A stretch of DNA of 64,000 nt from an uncultured Desulfatitalea sp. Lineage in GTDB: Bacteria; Desulfobacterota; Desulfobacteria; Desulfobacterales; Desulfosarcinaceae. This document shows, in pieces, positions 39,944 to 49,093 of the stretch. The translations under genes and the position numbers were made by a program. Numbering within the stretch: the first letter of the stretch is position 1; the number at the start of each line of letters is the position of its first letter. The stretch is taken from positions 1 through 64,000 of the forward strand of contig CAXXMB010000002.1 of NCBI GenBank assembly GCA_963668675.2, written 5' to 3'. The notes under the pieces are model-generated. The model searched no databases and was not told the DNA's origin. It worked only from the letters and a program-made list of their open reading frames with translations.

Positions 39944-40741
39944 TCAGTGGCGCGCGTTTTGAAAGGATTCTGCGAAATCGGGGTTGACCTTGAGCACGTG
40001 CTGTGAAAGCAAACCATATTCCAACCACCTGAACGCAAATCGATAAAGCGCCGTATCGTCGCTTTTGAGCCGATCAACTTCTCCGGGGCTCACGACAAAC
40101 CGTTTTAAAAATGAGCTTTCCAATATAAATTTCCGAAAACGGTCCAGGTCATAACAGGCCATGTAGAACATCTGCTGTATTTTCGTGTTGGTAATGGTCG
40201 TTCCTGCCAGATTCGGGTCGTTGGCAATCTTTTTGAAGGGGATTTCCATTTCATGATATTCGGGCAATCCCTGCTGTGCAATCCATTCGGACAGGACATG
40301 CGTTTTGTCGGTACCCAGCCCGCGGCAAAACGGTACATCCGTCACCGAGTAATATCTTTTGCCGGCTTTTTCAGTGTCGGGCGTGCTCTCCGGGCGCAAG
40401 GGATACACACGGCAAGCCCAGGGGCGATCGCCATAAATGCGGCAGCCGTCATTATCGACAAACGGACAGCTTTTATGGTCATCGGACAGCATTTTTAAAA
40501 TCACCACCGGCAGGCCTTTATCGCCGATAACGGTGAAGGTATATTGGTCTAAAAATTCCGACGATGAAATTTTAAGAGCGCGTTTCATTCGAAGGATATC
40601 ATAGGGAGTTAAAACAATCATGATATCCCGACAGCACTGTGTATAGCAATCCAGCCCCGGACGGCACTCAAATTGTAAAATGTCTCCCGGACGCAGGACG
40701 GTCACTGCGCCTTTTTCCATTGGGGGTGTTTGTGTCGACAT
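39944..40741 (-). CDS. YkgJ-family cysteine cluster protein
   Basis: C....CYTQCC, LTPYDILR, CPFV...GC.IY.DRP.ACR.YP and YMACYDLDRFR. Confidence 0.9.
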   Translation of the reverse strand: MSTQTPPMEKGAVTVLRPGDILQFECRPGLDCYTQCCRDIMIVLTPYDILRMKRALKISSSEFLDQYTFTVIGDKGLPVVILKMLSDDHKSCPFVDNDGCRIYGDRPWACRVYPLRPESTPDTEKAGKRYYSVTDVPFCRGLGTDKTHVLSEWIAQQGLPEYHEMEIPFKKIANDPNLAGTTITNTKIQQMFYMACYDLDRFRKFILESSFLKRFVVSPGEVDRLKSDDTALYRFAFRWLEYGLLSQHVLKVNPDFAESFQNARH

Positions 40742-42092
40742 CTGTTCTTCTCCTTTCATCCGGTTTGATGCCATAACCAACAATTTTCCGGCGAAGGGTG
40801 TTTTTATTGATCCCCAGTTCACGAGCGGTTTTCATTTTTTTCCAGTTGTTTTTTCGAAGCGTCTGCACAATTACTCTTTTCTCTATCTCTTTGAGGGTCG
40901 GGTTATGAGTCGAACCGGTGGTGTTGGTGTTTGATAGAAGCCTGTCGGGCAGATGTTTCACATCGATTATCTCTTCCCGGCACAGAACAAAGGCATGCTC
41001 AATAGCATTTTCCAGTTCACGCACATTGCCGGGCCAATCGTAACACGCCAGAATATTCATAGCATCCGGTGAGAGGCTCCGGATATTTTTACGTTTTTTA
41101 TTATTAAAACGGGTGATGAAGTGCTCTACCAGGAGCGGTATATCCTCTTTTCGTTCCATCAGTTTAGGTAAGTTCAATTTCATTACGTTGATGCGAAAGA
41201 AAAGATCCTCTCGAAACTTATCTTCCTCCACCATCCGGTCCAGATTGCGATGAGAAGCGACCACCACTCTGGCATTTGTATCTTTCGGCCGGACAGCGCC
41301 TAATGGCTCATACATCTTGTTTTCCAATACATGCAGCAGCCGGACCTGCAGGGCCGCTGAGATATCGCCAATCTCATCGAGGAAAATGGTCCCATTACGG
41401 GCCCGTTCAAAACGACCCGGTTTATCGGTTTTCGCATCGGTAAAGGCGCCGGCTTTATATCCGAAAAGCTCCGACTCGATGAGGGTGTCTGGAATCGCTC
41501 CGCAATTCACCGGCACGAAAGGACCGTTTTTATGGGGGCTGTTGTTGTGGACGGCTCTGGCGATCATCTCCTTTCCTGTGCCCGTTGCGCCCTCAATAAG
41601 CAGCGTACAATCACTATCGGCGATCAATTTGAGATTGGAAAAAATGTCGAGCATCTTTTGGTTTCTGCTGATCATGTTCTCGAAACCACAGCCACGACGA
41701 CACATTGGAGCGGCAGCTGTGAGCCCGGACAGTTCCCTGAACGTCTGGACAGCACCGATAATGCGGCCGTCATCTCCCCTTATTGCTCCGGCATGGACGG
41801 CAAGGGGCACTGGCCTTGCGTCCGGGGAGCGCATCATGACCATTTCATTGGTGAACGCCCTTTTCCGATCCGGGCATTTCTTAAAAACCTTATCGATATC
41901 GGCGGTCCAGGCGCCGAACGCCTCCCGATAGGGTCGACCGATAACGGCCCGTGCGCATAGACCGGTTAGTTGCTCCGCCTTGCGGTTGAATGTGGTAATC
42001 CGCCACTCCATATCAACCGCTACGACCCCTTCCTCAAGACTGTCGAGTACAATGCGACAATATTTAGGAAGAATTTCGGGTTGCTGTTTCAT
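40668..42092 (-). CDS. PAS-domain sigma54-dependent transcriptional activator
   Basis: GATGTGKE, ESELFG..GAFTDA, FLDEIG, WPGNVRELEN and Fis-type HTH. Confidence 0.93.
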   Translation of the reverse strand: MKQQPEILPKYCRIVLDSLEEGVVAVDMEWRITTFNRKAEQLTGLCARAVIGRPYREAFGAWTADIDKVFKKCPDRKRAFTNEMVMMRSPDARPVPLAVHAGAIRGDDGRIIGAVQTFRELSGLTAAAPMCRRGCGFENMISRNQKMLDIFSNLKLIADSDCTLLIEGATGTGKEMIARAVHNNSPHKNGPFVPVNCGAIPDTLIESELFGYKAGAFTDAKTDKPGRFERARNGTIFLDEIGDISAALQVRLLHVLENKMYEPLGAVRPKDTNARVVVASHRNLDRMVEEDKFREDLFFRINVMKLNLPKLMERKEDIPLLVEHFITRFNNKKRKNIRSLSPDAMNILACYDWPGNVRELENAIEHAFVLCREEIIDVKHLPDRLLSNTNTTGSTHNPTLKEIEKRVIVQTLRKNNWKKMKTARELGINKNTLRRKIVGYGIKPDERRRTDVDTNTPNGKRRSDRPASGRHFTI

Positions 42093-42214
42093 ACACCACA
42101 CCGCCGTCTGTTCGGGCCACCGTAAGAACAACACGCATTAAAGGCTTGCATTGGACTTCAAAGGCGGGAGAAGAACTTCGGGCCTTGTCCCCCCTTTGAA
42201 ATGGATGGGCAAGA

Positions 42215-42529
42215 TCAGATGACTGCCTGCGCAAGCACATCCGAAAGAACGAATTCGGATTGCAGGCCTACAAATCTTTGGAGCTCTTTTCCGTTTTTAA
42301 AAATAATCAGCGTGGGGATACTCCGAATACCAAAATCACGTGCAGTGGTTCGGCATTTGTCCACGTTGACGGTAACAACGCTGACTTTGCCCTCGAACCG
42401 GTCGGCCATTTGGTTAAGAATCGGTTCTTGGGCGCGGCAGGGTGCGCACCAAGGCGCACTGAAATCCACCAAGGCAACGCCGTGTTCAACTGCCACCCGC
42501 AGATCTTCTTCGGACGACACGTCCTTCAT
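42215..42529 (-). CDS. trxA: Thioredoxin
   Basis: DFSAPWCAPC and GIRSIPTL. Confidence 0.9.
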   Translation of the reverse strand: MKDVSSEEDLRVAVEHGVALVDFSAPWCAPCRAQEPILNQMADRFEGKVSVVTVNVDKCRTTARDFGIRSIPTLIIFKNGKELQRFVGLQSEFVLSDVLAQAVI

Positions 42530-42623
42530 TGCCTTTTTCCTCAGATCTGATCCTTCAGCGGTCCTGGGCATGCCAATCACCTTTCCACAACAAACTGCTC
42601 GCCGTTGACGGAAAAGGAGAGAG

Positions 42624-42639
42624 AGCAAACTCGATGCCG
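42624..42639 (-). promoter_or_regulatory. Sigma54-like promoter upstream of thioredoxin
   Basis: Minus strand CGGCAT-CGAGT-TTGCT (GG-N10-GC). Confidence 0.45.
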
Positions 42640-42666
42640 CCCATGCGCCAGCGCGTCAAGGCTTCA

Positions 42667-42972
42667 TCAGTTTCCCAGGGTGTCCGCCATCTCTTCGCTC
42701 TTCAGGTGCAGATCCCACGCTTCGCCCCACAAATCGGGCACCGTCTCTTCTACCTGTAGAATGGATTCGTAAGAAACCTCAATTTCGTTAAAGATTTTTT
42801 CCAACTCACGTTCATCAGGGGCGAGCCAGACACAGTAGCGCCATCCTTCCTTTTCATTGAAGTAAGTCCGCAACCACTGCGCATTTTCGACCTTTGCCAG
42901 TTTTCGCCAATTGGCCTGCACGACATTGCAATCGATACCTGGGTTATGATGGACAACCATAAACTTATTCAT
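42667..42972 (-). CDS. DUF4242-like small protein
   Basis: MNKFMVVH, WLRTY and YCVWLAPD; GGGGTG RBS. Confidence 0.75.
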   Translation of the reverse strand: MNKFMVVHHNPGIDCNVVQANWRKLAKVENAQWLRTYFNEKEGWRYCVWLAPDERELEKIFNEIEVSYESILQVEETVPDLWGEAWDLHLKSEEMADTLGN

Positions 42973-43049
42973 TTCACACCCCCTGTCTTTTTTGCAGTTT
43001 GGGATTAAGGCAAAACCGCCGACCACTGCATCGATGCACCCAATAGAGA

Positions 43050-43093
43050 AGCAAAAAAGATACCAGATTGCCACGATGGCAATTCTGTCGCCA
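43050..43093 (-). promoter_or_regulatory. Two tandem sigma54-like motifs upstream of DUF4242
   Basis: Minus strand TGGTAT-CTTTT-TTGCT (43065-43050) and TGGCGA-CAGAA-TTGC (43093-43079). Confidence 0.55.
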
Positions 43094-43311
43094 TCAGTAA
43101 TGCGAAAAATGAAACGCCCCGAATCGGAGCCAAAAAGGCAAAAAAATGTGTAGTTAAGGAAAAACTGAATGGTGGTGCCTACAAACAGCTGCTCAATGCG
43201 GGACAACAATAGATTGTTTTACATCTCACAAACAACGTTTGATGATGAATTGTTCCGAATGAAGAGAGTATGCAAGCAGTACAAGCGCAGATCTTGGACC
43301 CAATTTTGCCT

Positions 43312-43356
43312 TTGACAGGCGTCTATAGTGGCGCTACAGTAGCGCCATAGTGGCGC
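43312..43356 (+). promoter_or_regulatory. Sigma70 promoter overlapped by three 11-bp tandem repeats
   Basis: TTGACA-17 bp-TACAGT; repeats TATAGTGGCGC / TACAGTAGCGC / CATAGTGGCGC (43324-43356). Confidence 0.65.
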
Positions 43357-43389
43357 CACTGTTACAGCAGCGAATCGTCTCATTTTTAT

Positions 43390-44802
43390 ATGTCAGCGAA
43401 ATCATCCATGCCCACACAAATCATTTTAAAAAACGGTTTTGTCAAACTCTTACTGGAGTCGCTGGGCGACGGCGTTTTCACACTCGACTCCCAGGGTCGG
43501 ATTACATCGTGGAACCCGGCGATGGAACGAATCGCCGGATACAGCGCCGAGGAGATGATCGGTAAAACCTGTGGGACATTGTGCTTCAACCAATGTTTCG
43601 GTCACCAGTGCCCCGCCGACCCAATACAGTGCGGCATATATAAATCGGGCAAGGTGGAGCCCACCGAGTGCTATTTAACCCACAAGGACGGCCATGCCGT
43701 ACCGGTCATCAAAAACGCCCGGGTAATTCGGGAAAAGGACGATACCATCATCGGCATCGTGGAGGCGGTCACGGATCTTACGGACCTGAAAAAAGCCAAA
43801 GCCAAAATGGAAGAAGCCTCTCTGAGGCTTGCCGAACATTACCGCTTCGGTAATATCATCGGGAAAAGCCATGCCATGCAGCAAGTGTTCTCTTCCATCA
43901 AAGCCGCTGGGGCAAGCGAAGCCACGGTTCTGATTCAAGGCGAAAGCGGTACCGGCAAAGAGTTGGTGGCGGGCGCCATCCATTACAAGAGCAACCGGAA
44001 ACACAATCGGCTGATCACCGTCAATTGCAGCGCCCTTCCCGAATCCCTGTTGGAAAGCGAACTGTTCGGCCACGCCAAAGGCTCCTTCACAGGCGCGGTA
44101 GGATATCGCGTCGGCCGGTTCGAGGAGGCGGACGGTGGCACCATTTTCCTGGATGAAATCGGCGACATCAGTCCATTGATACAGCTCAAACTGCTGCGGG
44201 TTCTGGAAGAACGCAGAATCGAGCGGGTTGGGGAGTCCAAAGGCAGGCCAATAGATATCCGCATTATCACCGCCACCAACAAAGATTTGTTGAATAGGGT
44301 TAAAGGCGGATACTTTCGAGAGGATTTATACTATCGCCTGAAAGTCTTTCCCATCTACCCACCGCCGTTGAGGAAAAGAAAAGAAGACATTCCGCTTCTC
44401 GTACATCATTTTATCGCCGTGCATAACAAAAAAACAGGCAAGCGCATTAAGGGGCTATCCCAACCGGCCATGCGCATCTTTATGGATTACGAGTGGCCCG
44501 GAAACGTCCGTGAGCTGGAAAATGCCATCGAACATGCCTTTGTCTTATGCAACGAAAAGCAGATCGATTTGTTCGATATACCGGTTGAAGTGCGGCAGTT
44601 CGATTATTACACCTATCAAACGAAGCAGCCCAACTCTTTGGCGAACAATGTTCAACCCGATCGCAAACTGACCCGAGAACATCTCCTACGCCTATTAACC
44701 GAGTGCCGCTGGAACAAAGCCGAAGTCGCCCGGCGCGTAGGCCTCAGCAGGGCTTCGATCTGGAAGTATATGAAAAAATGGAATATCCCGAACAAAAGGT
44801 AG
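43390..44802 (+). CDS. Sigma54-dependent activator with Cys-rich PAS domain
   Basis: PAS with CGTLCFNQCFGHQCPADPIQC, GESGTGKE, GSFTGA, WPGNVRELEN and HTH. Confidence 0.93.
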   Translation: MSAKSSMPTQIILKNGFVKLLLESLGDGVFTLDSQGRITSWNPAMERIAGYSAEEMIGKTCGTLCFNQCFGHQCPADPIQCGIYKSGKVEPTECYLTHKDGHAVPVIKNARVIREKDDTIIGIVEAVTDLTDLKKAKAKMEEASLRLAEHYRFGNIIGKSHAMQQVFSSIKAAGASEATVLIQGESGTGKELVAGAIHYKSNRKHNRLITVNCSALPESLLESELFGHAKGSFTGAVGYRVGRFEEADGGTIFLDEIGDISPLIQLKLLRVLEERRIERVGESKGRPIDIRIITATNKDLLNRVKGGYFREDLYYRLKVFPIYPPPLRKRKEDIPLLVHHFIAVHNKKTGKRIKGLSQPAMRIFMDYEWPGNVRELENAIEHAFVLCNEKQIDLFDIPVEVRQFDYYTYQTKQPNSLANNVQPDRKLTREHLLRLLTECRWNKAEVARRVGLSRASIWKYMKKWNIPNKR

Positions 44803-44940
44803 ATCTTTTTTGGGTTACGTCCCAGCTCATGGGTGAGGGGCGCCTCTTAGCTGCAGTTAAATCATTCAGCATCGTATGAGTGGGCTGTGCTCTGACGCCC
44901 TGACCGATGCACCCGCACAAACCTACAGTTGCGGTACCAG

Positions 44941-47376
44941 TTATTTCAACAACGCCACCGTCTCGGCAATCTCTTTCTCCGACACCGATTGCCGCAGCTG
45001 CTCCATGCGCGTCATCACCTCCGCGAAGCGAATCCCCTCGGCCGCACTTACCCACTCGAGCTGCAACCGTTCCGGACGAATGCCGCGCTTCTCCATCTTC
45101 TTGCGCACTTTCTCCACCCGCTTGACTGTCCAGTGGTTGGCGTCGATGTAGTGGCAATCGCCGATATGGCATCCGCTTACCAGAACCACCGGAACGCCCT
45201 TCTTGAACGCATGCCAGATAAAGTCTTCGTCCACCCTCCCCGAGCACATGGTACGGATCAACCGGGCGTTGGGCGGATACTGCAACCGGGACACGCCGGC
45301 GTAGTCGGCCCCGGCATACGAGCACCAATTGCAGGCAAAGGTGAGAATCTTTTCGGCCGGACGCTCCTCGAGCATCGTGTCGATCTGATCGTAGATCTGG
45401 GGGTCGGTGAAATGGTTCATGACGATGGCGCCGAACGGGCATTCGGCCGCACAGGTGCCGCAACCGGTACAGGCCGCCGTCGCAATCTTGGCCGGAATCT
45501 TCTTCTTCGGATCTACCGTGATAGCGTTGTAGGGACACACCTCGGCGCATTTGCCGCACGCTTTGCACTGTTCGGTGATCACTTCGGAAGTAATCGCTTC
45601 GGCGCTGATTTTGTCCGACTGCATGAGACGGATGGCACGCACCGCCGCTGCCGAAGCCTGGGTGACGCTCTCCTTGATGTCCTTGGGGCCTTCGGCACAG
45701 CCGGCGTAGAAGATACCGCGCGTGGCGGCGTCCACCGGCTGCAGCTTGGGATGGGCCTCCAGATAGAAGCCGTCGGAGGTCAACTGCAGCCCCATCATCT
45801 CCTGGAGCCGGTTGGTCCCCTTGGCCGGTTCGATACCGATGGCCAATACCAGCATATCCAGCTCGTAAAAGTCCAGCGATTGGGTGCCGGTGTTCTCTAC
45901 CGCCACCTTCAAGCGGCCATCGGCCAACTCCTCCACATGCCCCGGCAACCCGCGCACATAGTGCACCCCCATCCGGCGGCTGCGGGTATAGAGATCTTCA
46001 AAGCCCTTACCAAACGCACGAATATCGATATAGAACACCTTGATATCGATATCCGGGTAGTGCTCCTTGAGCACCAGGGTACTCTTGATGGTGTTCATGC
46101 AGCAGATGTTGGAGCAGTAGGACTTGCCCCGGCGAGCCGATCGGGAGCCCACACACTGCACGAAGGCCACCGACTTGGGGTGCCGCCGATCCGACGGACG
46201 CACCAACGCCCCCTGGGTGGGGCCGCCGGCATTGACCATGCGCTCGAACTCCAGACTGGTCAGCACATTCTCGAAGCGCGTGTAGCCGTACTCATCCAGT
46301 ACGCGTGGATCGTGCGGCCGGAGACCGGTGGCCACCACAACCGTGCCCACCCGCTCGCTGATCGTCTCGTCTGACATATGAAAGTCGATGCACTTCTTCT
46401 CGCAGGCGTCCAGGCACTTGCTGCACACCACAGGGTTGTGCCCCAGGCACTCGTTGGGATTGAGGACATATGCCGACGGCACCGCCTGGGGAAACGGCGA
46501 GTAGATCGCATGGCGCGACGAGAGCCCCATATTGAATTCGTCCGGGCGCACCACCGGGCACACCTTGGCACATTCGCCGCAGGCGGTGCACTCCTTCTCA
46601 TCCACATAGCGGGCCTTCTTGATGATCTTGACATCGAAGCTTCCCACGCTGCCTTTGACATCCACCACTTCGCTCAGGGTATGGATCGTAATGCGGGGAT
46701 GCCGACCGGCATCCGTCATTTTCGGACCCAGAATTCAGATCGAGCAGTCCATGGTGGGGAAGGTCTTGTCCAGTTGGGCCATCACCCCTCCAATGGAGGG
46801 CTGGCGCTCGACCATCACCACATCGTAACCGTTGTCGGCCATGTCCAGCGCCGCCTGAATGCCGGCGACGCCGCCGCCGATCACCAACGCCTTCTGGGTC
46901 ATGGGCAGTTTAGGTTCGACAAGCGATTCAAGCCTGCGGGCCCTGGCCACCGCCATTTTGACCAAGTCAAATGCTTTGGCCGTCGCCGCCTCGGGTGTCT
47001 TCATGTGGACCCAGCTGCACTGCTCGCGCAGATTGGCCATCTCCAGAAGATAGGGGTTGAGTCCGGCGGCGATCAGCATCTGACGAAAGGTGGGCTCGTG
47101 CAGCCGCGGCGAGCAAGACCCCACGACGATGCGGTTCAAACCATGATTGGCAATGTCCTCCCGGATCTCGCGCTGCCCTGGCTCACTGCAGGCATAGCCG
47201 ATCCCCTTGGCCACCGCCACATCGGGCATTTCCGCCATGGAGGCCGCAATACCGTCGCAGTCCACGGTCTGGGCGATGTTCATGCCGCAGTGGCACACAT
47301 AGACCCCGATCCTTACATCGGAATCGGGCTGCGATGCCACGCCTGAAGAAGTCGATAAAACAGTCGATGTCGTCAT
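44941..47376 (-). CDS. hdrA: HdrA-MvhD fusion, probable selenoprotein (UGA at 46737-46735), 811 aa
   Basis: RIGVYVCHCG.NI, CSPRLHEPTF, GGGVAG, LDKTFPTMDCSI-UGA-ILGPKM in frame with the 592-aa ORF, QCVGSR, YCSNICC, EGPKDI, ferredoxin motifs and C-terminal FACNWCSY/CSGRV/GCHIGDCHY. Confidence 0.9.
46697..46714 (-). promoter_or_regulatory. Putative bacterial SECIS hairpin
   Basis: GGATGCC-GGTC-GGCATCC; the stem starts 20 nt and the G-led loop 27 nt after the UGA. Confidence 0.75.
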
Positions 47377-47503
47377 GATCTCTTCCTGAATGAATTTAAC
47401 GCCACTATTGAAAGGTGCTCGTTCATTTTTACCGAATTAGACATGCCAAATAGGAATCCAATCGATGGAACACCTAAACTTTCATACTTTCCAACTTTCT
47501 TAC

Positions 47504-49090
47504 TTACTCCCAATATATCGACCGTGCGATGGCGCTGGTCAGATCCACCATCTCCACCCTCAGGTCGTCGCCGCGCATGGCATCCTCCATGGCACAGCGC
47601 AAGTGGATCTGGCATTTGGGGCACGCGGTTATCATCTTGTCGCTACCGCTCTGCCGCACCCGCTCCAGACGCTTAACCTGCATTTGCTTACTGAAAGCAT
47701 CGCAGCCGATCCAGGCACTGTTCCCGCAGCATTCTGTGGACACCTGGGCATCGACCAGGGCATCCGGAGACGTGGCGAACATCTTTCTGAGCAGTTTGCG
47801 AGGCAGCTCCGCTTCACCGTTGAAGCGGCTCTGACGGCAGGCGTCCTGGAAGGTGAAGCGCCCCTCGGGCGCTTTGAAGGCCACCGCCCCCTTGCCGATC
47901 TCACGCTCCAAAAAGGCATGCATGTGGGTCACTTTCACCGGCAGCTCAAGGCCGTGGCGGGTGTATTCGGTGGCCAGCGTGTGGTAGCATTCGGGACAGG
48001 CGGTGATAATCTCTTCGGCCCCGCTGTCGGCGATGGCCTGGGCGTTAAGCTTGGCCAGACGCATAAAATTCTCCCGGTCTCCGGACCAGAGCAGGTCGTG
48101 GCCGCAGCAGCGCTCGTTCTCCATCAACATCGGATCCACATCGAAGAAGTTGAGCAGGCGCAGGCTGTCTTCAAGGATGCGCTTGGTCTCCACGCCGAGG
48201 AATTTGTGGAAGAAGATATCGAAATAGGAGGCACACCCGCCAAAGAAAAGAACAGGCCCCTGTTCGGACGTGCGGATACCCTCGGGCAGGTTCTGCCAAC
48301 GCCTGGGTTGCACGGTCTCTGAGGCCATGGCGCGCATCATGCTTTGGAAAAAACCGCCATGGGCCGGTGCACCAGCCACCTCACGCCGGTGGTAGTAGGC
48401 CCGCATCTCTTTGATAAATTCGGGAAAATTGACCGCCGAGGGGCAACGGTCGTAACAGACGCCGCAGGTCAGACAGGCGTTGACCGATTCGCGCACCTGG
48501 AGCCGGTCGGCGTGACCGGCGATCACTTCTGTGGCCACGAAACGGGGAGAGAAGGGCTTGCCGGCCAGGGCCAGAGAACAGGCCGAGGTGCATTTGCCGC
48601 AGTCCTGGCAGGCGAACACGTCGTGCCTGGCGGCAATCGCCTCGGGTGTTTCCTCACTGTGGGCCTGATCCTCAACTGCCGCTGGCGCCACCACCGGGGT
48701 TTTGCCCATCCGGCGCACCCTTTCGGTAAAATCGGTCAGGAAATCGAGGAGCGCTTCTGGCTCATCGGGCAAAAAGTTGCCCAGCTGCAGTCGCTCCCGC
48801 CCCAGGCCCAACAGATCGAGAATCCGGCGTGTATCGTCACTGTTCTCCAGGGCCGAAGCGGTGCCCGTTCCATAGCGGCAGCTGCCCGGCTTACATCCGA
48901 GCAGAATGACGCCGTCGGCACCCATCTCGAACGGTTTGAACAGCAGCGCCTTGCTGATGCGACCACTGCACGGGATACGCACCATCTTAATTTCCATCGG
49001 AATATCAGCACCCTGATCCTGCAACGCCTGGTAGGCGGCATGGGGTCCCCAGTTACACAAAAACAGGACGATCTTGAACTCTGCTTGCAT
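47504..49090 (-). CDS. MvhD-HdrD-like fusion ([2Fe-2S] domain, 2x[4Fe-4S], two CCG domains)
   Basis: FLCNW, RIPCSGR, GCKPGSCRY, CQDCGKCTSAC, CLTCGVCYDRCP, RCCG..TACPEC and ECCG..TACPKC. Confidence 0.88.
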   Translation of the reverse strand: MQAEFKIVLFLCNWGPHAAYQALQDQGADIPMEIKMVRIPCSGRISKALLFKPFEMGADGVILLGCKPGSCRYGTGTASALENSDDTRRILDLLGLGRERLQLGNFLPDEPEALLDFLTDFTERVRRMGKTPVVAPAAVEDQAHSEETPEAIAARHDVFACQDCGKCTSACSLALAGKPFSPRFVATEVIAGHADRLQVRESVNACLTCGVCYDRCPSAVNFPEFIKEMRAYYHRREVAGAPAHGGFFQSMMRAMASETVQPRRWQNLPEGIRTSEQGPVLFFGGCASYFDIFFHKFLGVETKRILEDSLRLLNFFDVDPMLMENERCCGHDLLWSGDRENFMRLAKLNAQAIADSGAEEIITACPECYHTLATEYTRHGLELPVKVTHMHAFLEREIGKGAVAFKAPEGRFTFQDACRQSRFNGEAELPRKLLRKMFATSPDALVDAQVSTECCGNSAWIGCDAFSKQMQVKRLERVRQSGSDKMITACPKCQIHLRCAMEDAMRGDDLRVEMVDLTSAIARSIYWE

Positions 49091-49093
49091 TTA

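Noticed and set aside
40668..40741. 74-bp overlap between the activator and ykgJ as a frameshift or fusion
   Set aside because: Both proteins look complete and ykgJ has its own AAGGAG RBS; this is probably a short C-terminal extension.
44880..44926. GTGGGCTGTGC...GCACAAACCTAC hairpin between convergent genes
   Set aside because: A single weak REP-like or terminator-like copy, with too little support to call a feature.
46735..47376. Separate 213-aa gene or hdrA pseudogene
   Set aside because: The UGA sits at a conserved Cys position, is in frame with the next ORF and has a SECIS-like hairpin, so Sec read-through explains it better.
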